Sequence record: ON568341.1
DNA length: 64,000 nucleotides
Reading direction: 5' to 3' (one strand)
DNA from: Escherichia phage UE-S1
Shown here one piece after another: positions 40,044 to 50,689 of the stretch (within the stretch, counting starts at the first letter, position 1; each line of letters begins with the position of its first letter). The translations under genes were made by a program, and so were the position numbers. The notes below the pieces were generated by a model, which had not been told where the DNA came from, did no database searches, and was given only the letters and a program-made list of their open reading frames with translations.

Positions 40044-40070
40044 ATAAAAAAGGCGTTCCGAAGAACGCCA
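40044..40070 (-). terminator. Rho-independent terminator
   Basis: GGCGTTC-cgaa-GAACGCC hairpin followed on the minus strand by T6. Confidence 0.6.
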
Positions 40071-40078
40071 GTGTAATA

Positions 40079-43000
40079 TTAAGAACCAATATTTATATTG
40101 CTTTTAGCTAATGAGTTAACTATTTGAACATTTTCTACTGATGCCGTACTCAAAAATATTTGGTCCGAACGTGATGGAATTTCAAATAGTGACCCAAATT
40201 TTGAATTTGGATTTTGTGCAACAATAACAATTGTACTAATATGTCTCCCCAATTGGGAATGTATATAAGTACACAAATCAGTGTAATAGAAACTTTCACC
40301 AAAATCCCAATTATCAACATTAAAATATTCATTTGTTAATGCAATAACATTTTGACGAATTTCATCGTCACTCATAGTACTATTTGGTAATTTAACAACT
40401 TTAAAATCAGCTTTATAGTCTTCAGCAGCACTATTGCCAAACAATGGTAGGTACTCTGCACTATGCCAAATAATACTGTCACTGATGACAATTTTTTGCT
40501 CAACATCTTTGAACATATTTTTCAATTCAACTGATGTAGGTGGTTTTGGGATACTTCCAACTGCATTATTTTTCAACCACACATCAACTTCGGTTTTATA
40601 CGAGTTAGTTAGAACATACATATCAATTAAGTTTGTTCTACTTGGATCAATGCGATTATCGTCAGGTGCATAATGTTTCCAATGGAAGTCAATACTTGTA
40701 CGAGCATTTGTTTTGACTGTGTATTGTGCAGTAACATCTTTATAACCATAGTAATCCAACTTCTGATTCTCATCAGAATTAGTACCCATGTTGTTAATTG
40801 TACGATAAAATGCGAGTTCTGGTGTAACAGTTATGGTGTCATCTGAATATGTCAAATTACTAATTAATTGACCCAAACGATCATTGTTGTTACCAACGGT
40901 TTGTTCGATGAAATAATATTTACCATCATATTTAAAACACACTAAGAATCCAGAACCTTTACTGTACAATCCACTCAATGAGTTAGAACGAATTGCATTA
41001 TTTCGTACAAATTCAGTTCTTTTATATGTATTAGGTTCAGCTAATGCTTGTTCCATCGTATAAGACCAAGATGAATCTAGAAACGTGAATGTATCATTTG
41101 GTAAAGATAGAACTGAAATAGTAAAATCATTATTTTCTTTGAATATCAAAATACCACCATATTTCAATGCATCAGTACCTGACCATTCTGGAACAATTTC
41201 TTTAAATTGGTTTGGTTCCAATGGTATACCATTACTATCTACTTTTCTAGATGTGACAATAATACGAGAGCCATCAAGATATCCATTTTCTTGCTGTATT
41301 GTATCATAAATTTGAAAATCAATATTACTCGTCAGTCCAGAATTGTTAGTACTGGTGGTGTTCGAAGATAAAATTTCAATCTTATCGCTTTGAACAGTGC
41401 CAGTACTAATATCAGTTATTTTTTTGGATGAAACAAAGTAAAATTTCACTTTATCCCCACCAACGAATATATATTCAATACCATTAGCGTCAAATTCCCA
41501 AGTTTCTGCTGTATATTTTACATTTATAACAACCAAAACTTCATGACCATTATACATAATAGTATCATCATTCGTACTTACTTCTACCGGAACCCATGCA
41601 GTTGTTTCTTTGTCATGCACAATGACAAAATCAGTTTTCTTATCCAACATTGCAGAAATAGATTGAACTTCAACGGAATCAAACCTAGTTCTATATGGTA
41701 ATATATAATCAATTGCTTGCATTCTACTTGGTACGGATGTACTTAATACATAAAACCCATTATCTAATACACTAACAATACTTGCCCATACTGTAGTGGT
41801 AGAGTTAGAAAATTTAATCAAAGTACCCACCTGATACGAGCCATATACAGTCCCAGATGAACCCAAAATTCTACCATATGTATTTGTAGTATAATTTGAA
41901 TTATATACAGGCGTCCATGATTGTTGGATTTCAATGCCAATCGTATTGGAAGGGTAAGCTTGATAGCGTTGTATTACCGCATTTTCACCAATCAATGGTT
42001 GAATATTATCAATAACAATGCTGGCATTAGTTTTTGTTGTTGGTAGTAATAGTGACCTATTAAATTTAGTATTTTCTTGATATAATGCCCCGTCATCACT
42101 AAACACATCAGTGTTTTGGTATTTTCCAGTAGGATCATTGATGTCAATAAATCTAGACTGACCACTATAAATTCTATTAATAGCTTTCGACTTAAGCACT
42201 GTATTCCCTAAACTAAGGGGTGCTATATTATAATCTTCACCATTAACAAAGCGGTTTTGTGTATAGTACATTTGTGGTGCACGTGCTTTAATCTGCTCAA
42301 TTGTCTCAGCACTTTGTGCACGATCTGATTCATATTGTAATGAAAAACGTACATCCAACGTACTAGATTCATAACTTGATTGTGTTTTAGTTCGATATGT
42401 ATACTTTACACTTTTATTTTGAATTTCTGATGTTTTAATGTTATACGTTTTACCATTACTGACGCGATACCACACGCGAAAAGTTCCACGCGGCACAACA
42501 CCACTTCTAGAATCTGGATATTTAATTGTTATTTGGTCTTTGTCACGTGTTGAAACAGCAAAAATTGTTTTTAATTGACGGTTAACCGTATTATATGCAA
42601 TACTTTCCATAGATGGTACTTTTGTCCATTTCGCACGCACAATACCATCTTCATTAATTTCTTGAACCCAAACATCAGTTTCGTTTATATTATCAACGTT
42701 TACATCTTGTATTCTATTTTCTTCACGAATATTATATTGATAATCTTGATATGTCAACGTCCCTTGTATAAAATATACAAAAAAACCAGTATTTGGTGAA
42801 CTGAATCCATTACCATCATTTTGATAGACAATATATTTTTGTTCTTGCGGTTCTGGGTGACGTTCCTCAACACCAACGGATGTAATGTCAGGGTTTACCA
42901 CTTCAAATGTCATAGATTCACCATTTACTGTTGCAACAAATGGTATACTTGGTGCAGTCATTGGAATTGTATTCATCCTATACAATTGTCGAGATACACC

Positions 43001-43540
43001 ATTAACATCAATACGTTTAACTGGGTTACCAAATTGATTAGTACTAACAAATGAGCTATTCATAACAAGAATGAAGTTTTCATACCAATTTGCATCCATC
43101 GGGTCATTCCAACGAATAATTTTATCTTTTAGCGATTCATTGAAACTATTACGAACATCTTGGTTAGTTTTAATTTCAGTTAATTTAGCAACTGCACGAC
43201 CAGGATAAGAACGGCGTGGTGCATAAGAAATCATTTTAGCTAGTTTTAGAACTGATGCACGACGTGTTGCAGTATCTAAAAAGTTTTCACGTGTGTTTAA
43301 ATCCATACGAAATGCCAAGTTCTGTCCTAGCATAGAAATTGTATCCAGAATAAAAATGAATTGGTCATTTTCAATCCAGTCATTGAATGAATCAGGATAC
43401 GTTTGACGCAAATAATCAATCATACTCTGGCGAATAGTATCAAAATCATATGCAGTAAGATTGATTTTATAAAAACTTTCATAAACTTGAGTCCAATCTT
43501 CACCACTATATAAATTTGATTGCCTTTTTTGTTGTGACAT
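40079..43540 (-). CDS. Baseplate wedge protein, gp6 / Baseplate_J-like, enlarged
   Basis: 1153 aa; N-terminus resembles the Baseplate_J family start; lies next to the gp25-like gene. Confidence 0.55.
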   Translation of the reverse strand: MSQQKRQSNLYSGEDWTQVYESFYKINLTAYDFDTIRQSMIDYLRQTYPDSFNDWIENDQFIFILDTISMLGQNLAFRMDLNTRENFLDTATRRASVLKLAKMISYAPRRSYPGRAVAKLTEIKTNQDVRNSFNESLKDKIIRWNDPMDANWYENFILVMNSSFVSTNQFGNPVKRIDVNGVSRQLYRMNTIPMTAPSIPFVATVNGESMTFEVVNPDITSVGVEERHPEPQEQKYIVYQNDGNGFSSPNTGFFVYFIQGTLTYQDYQYNIREENRIQDVNVDNINETDVWVQEINEDGIVRAKWTKVPSMESIAYNTVNRQLKTIFAVSTRDKDQITIKYPDSRSGVVPRGTFRVWYRVSNGKTYNIKTSEIQNKSVKYTYRTKTQSSYESSTLDVRFSLQYESDRAQSAETIEQIKARAPQMYYTQNRFVNGEDYNIAPLSLGNTVLKSKAINRIYSGQSRFIDINDPTGKYQNTDVFSDDGALYQENTKFNRSLLLPTTKTNASIVIDNIQPLIGENAVIQRYQAYPSNTIGIEIQQSWTPVYNSNYTTNTYGRILGSSGTVYGSYQVGTLIKFSNSTTTVWASIVSVLDNGFYVLSTSVPSRMQAIDYILPYRTRFDSVEVQSISAMLDKKTDFVIVHDKETTAWVPVEVSTNDDTIMYNGHEVLVVINVKYTAETWEFDANGIEYIFVGGDKVKFYFVSSKKITDISTGTVQSDKIEILSSNTTSTNNSGLTSNIDFQIYDTIQQENGYLDGSRIIVTSRKVDSNGIPLEPNQFKEIVPEWSGTDALKYGGILIFKENNDFTISVLSLPNDTFTFLDSSWSYTMEQALAEPNTYKRTEFVRNNAIRSNSLSGLYSKGSGFLVCFKYDGKYYFIEQTVGNNNDRLGQLISNLTYSDDTITVTPELAFYRTINNMGTNSDENQKLDYYGYKDVTAQYTVKTNARTSIDFHWKHYAPDDNRIDPSRTNLIDMYVLTNSYKTEVDVWLKNNAVGSIPKPPTSVELKNMFKDVEQKIVISDSIIWHSAEYLPLFGNSAAEDYKADFKVVKLPNSTMSDDEIRQNVIALTNEYFNVDNWDFGESFYYTDLCTYIHSQLGRHISTIVIVAQNPNSKFGSLFEIPSRSDQIFLSTASVENVQIVNSLAKSNINIGS

Positions 43541-43604
43541 AATTTATTCCTTTAAATCAGTAAAGTACTAGTTCAGTACTGGGAATTATATAGAAATATT
43601 TATT

Positions 43605-43637
43605 CAAAAAGAAAAGCACTCAGAAGAGTGCTTTTTC
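43605..43637 (-). terminator. Rho-independent terminator
   Basis: AGCACTC-agaa-GAGTGCT hairpin flanked by A/T tracts. Confidence 0.55.
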
Positions 43638-43641
43638 TTAG

Positions 43642-44037
43642 TTATAAAGACGATACAGAATATGTTGCCATTCTATTATTACTTCTTGCATCAAAGACTA
43701 TAGAAAGTTCTTCTACCGTATTCAATACAACGTATTGTAATACGATATTCATTTGGTATCCATATTCAATTCTTGAAATTTGTATGTTTTTAAGATTTAA
43801 GCGTGGATCTAAGCTAATAATCCTACGTGCATCTGCTTCTAAAAGGTTAATAGTATTATATCCTTCCAATTCAAACAACAAATCCCATGCAATAAACCCA
43901 TAGTCTGCATCGAATGCTCTTTCGCCTTTTTTTGTATTAAAATGATTCATCAAATCCTGACGAACCAATTCATTATCATACAACGTTTCAGTTCTACCCA
44001 CAACTGGTGTAGAGAAACCTTTGAAAACAACTGCCAT
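43642..44037 (-). CDS. Baseplate wedge protein, gp25 / GPW-like
   Basis: 131 aa; GxxxRxFDADYGFxxWDLLFE pattern typical of the gp25/W family; sits between the spike-lysozyme and gp6-like genes. Confidence 0.6.
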   Translation of the reverse strand: MAVVFKGFSTPVVGRTETLYDNELVRQDLMNHFNTKKGERAFDADYGFIAWDLLFELEGYNTINLLEADARRIISLDPRLNLKNIQISRIEYGYQMNIVLQYVVLNTVEELSIVFDARSNNRMATYSVSSL

Positions 44038-44050
44038 TGTCTATTTCCTT

Positions 44051-44539
44051 TTATACGGATTCGACGATACGTGCCATCTTTTCCGCTCTAGAAGTGGTTT
44101 GTTTATACCATGTACTATCACGCAATTCTTTACCAGCAGTTTTATAATCAGCTTTACCTAATGCGGACATTGCTTTTTTGAATTTCAAAACTTTGGTTTT
44201 ACCCATTTGGAATACCATCATCCACAATACACGTTGTACCTGTACTGGTGCTGTCATACCAAACTGTTCATAAATGGATTTTGCGTCATTGTACGCAGTT
44301 TGAGCATCTTTAATAAGAAGTTGGTCTGCTTGTTCTTCAGTTAAACCATTTTTGAAGTTCTCGTTGGGAAGAACTAAATGACCATAACCAATAGTATCAA
44401 GTCCGAGGCTATCTTTATATACCCAAAACTTATCATTTTTAAAATATCCAAGTTTTTTTTGATAAGAAATTGTACCTTCAAACTCTTTAATTTCTTTAAA
44501 AAACTGCTCATCTGTATTTTTAATTTCCCATTTACTCAT
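44051..44539 (-). CDS. Glycoside hydrolase family 24 lysozyme (T4 lysozyme-like), free-standing
   Basis: T4-lysozyme-like catalytic triad positions (E in KEFEG, D in KDSLG, T in DTIGYGH) and MVFQMG motif. Confidence 0.85.
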   Translation of the reverse strand: MSKWEIKNTDEQFFKEIKEFEGTISYQKKLGYFKNDKFWVYKDSLGLDTIGYGHLVLPNENFKNGLTEEQADQLLIKDAQTAYNDAKSIYEQFGMTAPVQVQRVLWMMVFQMGKTKVLKFKKAMSALGKADYKTAGKELRDSTWYKQTTSRAEKMARIVESV

Positions 44540-44555
44540 AAAGACATCCTCATTT

Positions 44556-44563
44556 TATTTATA
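44556..44563 (-). promoter_or_regulatory. T4 late-promoter-like TATAAATA box
   Basis: Plus-strand TATTTATA is the reverse complement of TATAAATA, 17 nt upstream of the lysozyme start. Confidence 0.35.
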
Positions 44564-44575
44564 GTACTGAAATAT

Positions 44576-47239
44576 TTATTGACATGCCTCCAAACGTCGA
44601 GCCATTAACTCAGCACGGCGTGTCGTTTGGCGATACCAAGCCGAATTACGGATTTGTGCTGCTGCTTGTTTATAATTTCCTTTCGCTAATTCAGATAACA
44701 TTGTTTTAAATTTAAGAACTCCACCTTTGCCCATTTGAAATACCATTTGACATAGAACTTGCTGTGCCATATAAGGAGTTTTCATGTTATATGATGCATA
44801 AATTGATTTAGCATCATAAATTGCTTTACTACTATCACGAACAAGCATATCATTTGCTTGTTGTTCAGTTATACCAGAAGAAAAGTTTTCGCCATTCACG
44901 ATTAAATGACCGTAACCAATAGTTGGGTAGCCACGACTATCCAAATAACGCCAGAATTTACCATTTCGATAATACCCTTTTGCTTGTTGATATTGCATAG
45001 TACCCTCATATTCCTTTAATTCGGAAATAAATTGAGAATCACCTGGGACAATTTTCCAATCTATTGCAGTTTTATCTACATTACCGACATTATATGTTGG
45101 TTGTACAACTGGTGTAGATGATACACCACTTCTCTGTGTTCTTCTTTTACGAGGTACATGTCGTGAGCCACGCTGTGAATAACCAGTACCAATTGTTTTA
45201 ATTTTGGTAGTAACGACCAATTCATCACTATCAACGGATGGTTGTACTACTGCTTGCGGTGAAGATTGATTTGTTGCTTGACCTGCAATCAATGTTTTAT
45301 TAGCTGCATCTGCACCAATACCAGTTTGTGATGCATAAAATAATCCTGGGTCAACTGAACCACTAAAGCCGAGGACGTTAGCTGACGTTACACGTATTTC
45401 AAATTGCATAACACCATTTGCTTTACCAATGACCTGTCCCTTTTGAACTACATCCTTGTTTAGTAAATTCGTTTGAATATTATAAAATATAGATTTATAA
45501 CCAGATTTATGTTGAATCAAAATCCCACCATTAGTAATTACAACAACACCACCATCTGGTGCAACAACATCTCCTTTACATTGTATTTCCCATCCAGAAC
45601 GGTCAGTCTTTCCTCCATTTTGTGTTGGAATGCCTTTTCCCCAATAGCCGTATTGACGAATGGTCCCACTACACGGCATATACATATGCAAACCTTCATA
45701 TGTAATGCTATACCCAGTCATTCCAGTATCAGATACCATTAAATCTTGTGTTTGAACTTGTTCGGTTTCGGGTGTATAGTTCACAAACTGAATAGCTTCA
45801 GTTTCTTGAGCTTCAGGAATTTCTGGTGTAACATCATTTGCAGGCTGTGGCTGAACAGGGGATTCACTTGAAATCTTCCCCCCACCTTGTCTTGGTGGTT
45901 CAACATAACTACCATGGTTTTTCGCATCAACCCATGAAACAATGTCATGAATGTGTTCATTAAGACCAGCAGATGGTGTTCTGAAATTTGGTGCAGTAAA
46001 TTCAGCAGTACCGCTATTACCACCACTATTAACTGTTAATGTTTGACCTCCACCACTAACAATTGCTGAAGATGAACCAATTAAGTTTGCAGATGTAGAA
46101 GCAGAAATAGACGCATTTGAACCAGCAGTAATATCAGTACTGCTACCACTTTGCATACGTAAGGACGCAGCAGTGACCAGTCGAAGATCAGCACCGGAAT
46201 TAACCACAACTTGTCCACCAACTTTTGCATCAAGAGTTCCAATTAGATCTAATTTAGTATTGGCTCCTACGCGTGCATTAAAATCTTGACCCGTTTCAAT
46301 ATTATATGAACGACCAGCAGTGATGTTAATATCTTGCCCTGCACGAATATTGATATTCTTATCACAGTGCATGTCAATATCCCCTTCACCAGTAAATTTT
46401 ATACGGGCGGTCCCATCACGATTAATTAAAAGTACATCCCCCGTTGCTTCTGATAATAAAAGTTGTGCACCACTACGGGTTTTTATTACAACTCCTTCAT
46501 TTTTACGAGAACCAACACGGGTGTCGTTTACTGGGTTATTGAATTGTGTATCTTGATATCCATCTGGGTCTTGATCCCATGTGGGTGCAGTTAATTCCTC
46601 TTCGGTATAGCCATCATCAATGATGAAACTATTTCCACGTGGGGATGACATCCCATATACAGTACTCGTTGTTTGGCGAGTACTACTTCGGTTAGCAAGG
46701 CCAGCTTCTTCATCATACAAAAGGTTTTGCTTTTTAAGACCAGCAATAATTGGAACATTTGCATATTTGTCTTGCATATCAGTAGTGAGTGTGTTACGAT
46801 CATAGTCAGTAACAGGAAGAGGCATATCTGTTCCGCTATAATTACTAACATCTGTTGCCATACCAGGGACCATAGTATTCATGCGATGGTCATATACACA
46901 ACCAATCCAATACGCTTGAAATGTACGAGCCTGTGCGAAAATCACAACAACAGTGCACCCAACATCAGGCGGCACAGCCCAGAATCCATAACCTTTAGGA
47001 TACTGTCCATAAGCATCTGCACTTGGAATACCTGGTGTTTTACCAGCAAAAGGAGACATATAAGATGCCTCAATCCATGATTCTTTTGAATTTTTATCGC
47101 TTTGTGAACCTTGTATCCAAACTTTTAACTTTCCAGATTTAGTTGGATCTCTATTATCCATAACTGTTGCTAATTGTGGATAAGCTGGGTCAAAACGACC
47201 CAACTGTTGTTGTGCATACTTTTTACTTGTATCTGCCAT
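44576..47239 (-). CDS. Baseplate central spike protein (gp5-like) with M23/LytM-like beta-barrel region and C-terminal GH24 lysozyme domain
   Basis: C-terminal ~160 aa paralogous to the free lysozyme (EYEG, LDSRG, PTIGYGH, MVFQMG); preceding region matches an M23-like pattern (I-H-G-Y-S-Y ... GQVIGKANG). Confidence 0.75.
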   Translation of the reverse strand: MADTSKKYAQQQLGRFDPAYPQLATVMDNRDPTKSGKLKVWIQGSQSDKNSKESWIEASYMSPFAGKTPGIPSADAYGQYPKGYGFWAVPPDVGCTVVVIFAQARTFQAYWIGCVYDHRMNTMVPGMATDVSNYSGTDMPLPVTDYDRNTLTTDMQDKYANVPIIAGLKKQNLLYDEEAGLANRSSTRQTTSTVYGMSSPRGNSFIIDDGYTEEELTAPTWDQDPDGYQDTQFNNPVNDTRVGSRKNEGVVIKTRSGAQLLLSEATGDVLLINRDGTARIKFTGEGDIDMHCDKNINIRAGQDINITAGRSYNIETGQDFNARVGANTKLDLIGTLDAKVGGQVVVNSGADLRLVTAASLRMQSGSSTDITAGSNASISASTSANLIGSSSAIVSGGGQTLTVNSGGNSGTAEFTAPNFRTPSAGLNEHIHDIVSWVDAKNHGSYVEPPRQGGGKISSESPVQPQPANDVTPEIPEAQETEAIQFVNYTPETEQVQTQDLMVSDTGMTGYSITYEGLHMYMPCSGTIRQYGYWGKGIPTQNGGKTDRSGWEIQCKGDVVAPDGGVVVITNGGILIQHKSGYKSIFYNIQTNLLNKDVVQKGQVIGKANGVMQFEIRVTSANVLGFSGSVDPGLFYASQTGIGADAANKTLIAGQATNQSSPQAVVQPSVDSDELVVTTKIKTIGTGYSQRGSRHVPRKRRTQRSGVSSTPVVQPTYNVGNVDKTAIDWKIVPGDSQFISELKEYEGTMQYQQAKGYYRNGKFWRYLDSRGYPTIGYGHLIVNGENFSSGITEQQANDMLVRDSSKAIYDAKSIYASYNMKTPYMAQQVLCQMVFQMGKGGVLKFKTMLSELAKGNYKQAAAQIRNSAWYRQTTRRAELMARRLEACQ

Positions 47240-47252
47240 ATTTTTTTATTCC

Positions 47253-49502
47253 TTAGTCAACTATACTATCGTGACGTTTAAGTGCACGGATTACAATTGC
47301 AGCTTGAATTTGTTGTGTAAAAGAACCACCTGCACCAAAATCATGAACGATTTTATTAACACGATAAATTGTTTGATTAAACGTAGTTGGTGTATTAATA
47401 TCCAATACACCAGTGTTATCATTAATTGACACTACTGGTTGTAATTTTAATAATAGATATGCTTCAGATGTTATGTAGTTTGCTACGTGATAATCATCTG
47501 GATTAATTTCCATATCCTCACCATTAATTACTTGCTCTAGATATTGTAAGTACGAGTAATCACTCCATCCTAACCAATATGGATCACCAACTACACGCAT
47601 ATCAAGCTTGCACAAAAAAGGTCTATTGTAATAGTTGTCACGTATTTTACGTCTATCCATTTCATATGTACTACTGTTATCGTTTAGAGAAGCCGATAAC
47701 GTCGTTTCATTATTGGTTGCTTCAGTAGGCATTGTGAATACTTCACCATAACGATGTCCAATCCCATCAGTTCCTTCATCGTTTTCTTCATATGTAGTGA
47801 CATAATCTTCAATATATTGTGGTAACACATTTACTTGATAATTATTATAACGGTCTTGTTCTTCAGCGTTCCCGACCTGCATTTGGTTTTTAGCCAACGT
47901 ATCAATTTCTGACAATAAATCTTGTTGGTCTTTTGTTAACATTCCACCCATATCACGTGTTACACGCAAATCACTTGTTTTTGCCCATGCATCTGGTATA
48001 CTATTATATTGCACACCTTGTATATTCAATTCTTGTGAGTTATGTGTACCAGAATGGTTTGCCACGTCTTGAATTGGCCCTGGGTTACGGGTAGTGGCTA
48101 CGAAAAATTGTTGGTCAAATTTTAAATCCAAATCAATTATCTCACTATTAAGACCACTAAACTGATAATTATAAGTTTTTATATTCAATTTTGGTTTTTG
48201 ATCGATAGGATCTACATATTTTTCCGCATTCTCAAAGAAATATTCAAATGTGAAATTTTCTGGTTGTAAATCAGATTCATGTACAATATCACCTATCTTA
48301 AATTTAACTATATAAAAAATAACTTTATAAACTGAAGTGTTACGATAATTATCAAAACCAATATATTGTTTTATTGGTATAATATTAACAAATTGTCGTA
48401 CACTGGTGCTCTCATCTGCTTGTACTGTACAAGTATCAATAACATCATCAATAATTCTGGATATAGGAGTACTTGGGTTCCATGAAAAGTTTTTAGAACC
48501 TTGGGTTCCACTTTTAGTTGTTCCAGCTTCTGCCATTTGTTTAGAATCATAATTTATAAACAAATCTTGTAAATCAGGAGCAACTTTAAATTCAAAAAAT
48601 TTGCCATCAGATAATTCACCAAATTTATATCTAAGATACCCATATTGTTGGTCAGCCATCTGATTTAATTTATCTTCCAAATCAAAACAGAAATCACCAA
48701 AGTTTTCAGCCGTACAATTAAATGGTTCTTTAAGTGTCCATTCAATATTATCAACCAATGCTGCTCTATTATGAACTAAACTCATAGAATACATCATAGT
48801 ACTTCCACTTTGTGATGCACTAGCCGTTATACTATTAATTTTAACTGACCATCTTCGTGTTGTTTCAGGAATAATTTCAGGGATTCCATTCTTATTAAAA
48901 CCTATGAACTTTAATTCCAATATCAAAGGTAAGTCCATGAATTTATGAAATCTAAGTTTATTACTTAACGATATTAGTTCATCATATAGACTCATACTAT
49001 TATTTTCAGACATATTAAGAACAGCCGTATTGAAACAATAGTTAGTTGTCATTCCAGGTGTGGATGGTCCAGCTTGCGTCATTTGTACACTTGTGATATT
49101 ATATTTTCCACTAACACCACTTTCAGATATAACATGACGCTGCACGTCGGCATCTGGATAAAGCCAAAAATTTTTAAAATCATCCTTATCCAACGCAAAC
49201 AGACAAAAATGCCAAGTTGGATTATCATATTTTAATAGTTTGTTGTTGTATGGTATCACAAATTGACTTAAATCTAAATCTTCATAAACTTGTCCCATAC
49301 CAGCACTCTGTGATGGCAATGACTCAACATTACTAACATTTGCTTTATAGTTATTTTTTGTAATAGCTTTCACGTCATTTTGTAATGTATTAGCGGTAGC
49401 TTTCAAACTATCCAATGAATTAGATGCAGTTGTTTTTGTCTTCTTATTAATACTTGAAATATCATTTTGAAAATTATCAACTGTACTTCGTAAATCTGCC
49501 AT
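47253..49502 (-). CDS. Hypothetical baseplate or tail structural protein
   Basis: 749-aa ORF immediately upstream of the spike gene in the same operon. Confidence 0.5.
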   Translation of the reverse strand: MADLRSTVDNFQNDISSINKKTKTTASNSLDSLKATANTLQNDVKAITKNNYKANVSNVESLPSQSAGMGQVYEDLDLSQFVIPYNNKLLKYDNPTWHFCLFALDKDDFKNFWLYPDADVQRHVISESGVSGKYNITSVQMTQAGPSTPGMTTNYCFNTAVLNMSENNSMSLYDELISLSNKLRFHKFMDLPLILELKFIGFNKNGIPEIIPETTRRWSVKINSITASASQSGSTMMYSMSLVHNRAALVDNIEWTLKEPFNCTAENFGDFCFDLEDKLNQMADQQYGYLRYKFGELSDGKFFEFKVAPDLQDLFINYDSKQMAEAGTTKSGTQGSKNFSWNPSTPISRIIDDVIDTCTVQADESTSVRQFVNIIPIKQYIGFDNYRNTSVYKVIFYIVKFKIGDIVHESDLQPENFTFEYFFENAEKYVDPIDQKPKLNIKTYNYQFSGLNSEIIDLDLKFDQQFFVATTRNPGPIQDVANHSGTHNSQELNIQGVQYNSIPDAWAKTSDLRVTRDMGGMLTKDQQDLLSEIDTLAKNQMQVGNAEEQDRYNNYQVNVLPQYIEDYVTTYEENDEGTDGIGHRYGEVFTMPTEATNNETTLSASLNDNSSTYEMDRRKIRDNYYNRPFLCKLDMRVVGDPYWLGWSDYSYLQYLEQVINGEDMEINPDDYHVANYITSEAYLLLKLQPVVSINDNTGVLDINTPTTFNQTIYRVNKIVHDFGAGGSFTQQIQAAIVIRALKRHDSIVD

Positions 49503-49513
49503 GTGTTACTCCA

Positions 49514-49828
49514 TTAGCCTATGTTTCGAGTACCATTAAGATAGTTTTGTACTCTTTGATTTGCTGGTATTCTAATTGTTACTCCACTTTTAAAATTATA
49601 TATAGGATCTTCTCCTAATATATCTGGATTTAACAATGCAAAAATATAATATAGACGTTCATTGCCATACATCTCGTAGGCTAAACGCCAGGGTTGATAT
49701 TCATACTTCAATGGGATCTCATAAAAATCATCAGTATCAGCAGGAACTATATCTCGTGGTAAATTATAACCAAGATACCAAGATTGTTTCACCTTAGCAT
49801 AAGGTGAGTATTGACTATAGTTGGACAT
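49514..49828 (-). CDS. Small LysM-like domain protein (tail protein X / gp53-like)
   Basis: YEIPLKYEYQPWRLAYEMYGNERLYYIFALLNPDIL...GVTIRIP fits a LysM-like pattern. Confidence 0.4.
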   Translation of the reverse strand: MSNYSQYSPYAKVKQSWYLGYNLPRDIVPADTDDFYEIPLKYEYQPWRLAYEMYGNERLYYIFALLNPDILGEDPIYNFKSGVTIRIPANQRVQNYLNGTRNIG

Positions 49829-50577
49829 TAAATAAATCCTCCTTTGCGTAATAGTTCACCTCGTTTAAATGCATTGAGGTTAAACGTTTTAGTCATATAA
49901 TCAGATGTCGGTTGTTCTTCAAGTTGTAACATAACTGATATTTTTTGTGGAACCCAAACTTCATCTTGTGGATTCATATATCCAGTACTTCTAAGTTGTT
50001 CGAAGAATTTTCTACTATCCATATCGGATAAATTAAAAGTACTGTCACTACTATTCAAAGGAACTTGAATATAAGAAACATCATTAGGATATGTAAAATT
50101 ATAAGATTTTAAAATTACCGGAATATCATTATATGTGTAACGACCATATCCACTTAAAAGTAAAATTGGTGGTGGTGCACCAGCAATTGCCAATTCGGGG
50201 TTATTAGCAGATGCTGCTTGTCTACCAAAATCCATCAATGAAACCGAACGTATAAAATGAACACATGCCAATGCATACATGGCTTCTGCTGCCGTATTAG
50301 CATAAAATTCACCCTGAATAGTGAAAACCGTATTGGTGGTGTTTTTGTAATTATTATAGTTACTATTGGTATGTATAGGTGACTGTGTTTCATACTGAAT
50401 TGACCTTTGTTCAGTAATTATTGGTGTTACAGTCCAAACCAACCCATTAGTTGGACGCAGAAACGAAAGTAGTGTTGGTTCGGAGCTATCCCCGAAATCA
50501 CCATATACATAGTTAGCACCTGCGGCTTTAGGTCGTAATCGAATTCTACGATCAATCATCTTTTGATTCTCCATCAT
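49828..50577 (-). CDS. Hypothetical protein (start moved to the first in-frame ATG; the track start at 50616 is a GTG)
   Basis: ORF with ATGATGG at 50577-50572; stop overlaps the downstream start. Confidence 0.45.
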   Translation of the reverse strand: MMENQKMIDRRIRLRPKAAGANYVYGDFGDSSEPTLLSFLRPTNGLVWTVTPIITEQRSIQYETQSPIHTNSNYNNYKNTTNTVFTIQGEFYANTAAEAMYALACVHFIRSVSLMDFGRQAASANNPELAIAGAPPPILLLSGYGRYTYNDIPVILKSYNFTYPNDVSYIQVPLNSSDSTFNLSDMDSRKFFEQLRSTGYMNPQDEVWVPQKISVMLQLEEQPTSDYMTKTFNLNAFKRGELLRKGGFI

Positions 50578-50604
50578 AAGGGAACATTTGATGTATTTAT
50601 ACGT

Positions 50605-50632
50605 GGGACAAAACACTTTTTGGTGCTATAAT
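50605..50632 (+). promoter_or_regulatory. Sigma70-like promoter: GGGACA, 16-nt spacer, TGcTATAAT
   Basis: Extended -10 TGCTATAAT at 50624-50632, about 58 nt upstream of the gp55-like ATG. Confidence 0.4.
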
Positions 50633-50689
50633 AACATTGATGGTATAAGGATTGTATCTATTGGATTTAAACATGGAGAGTTGAATATA

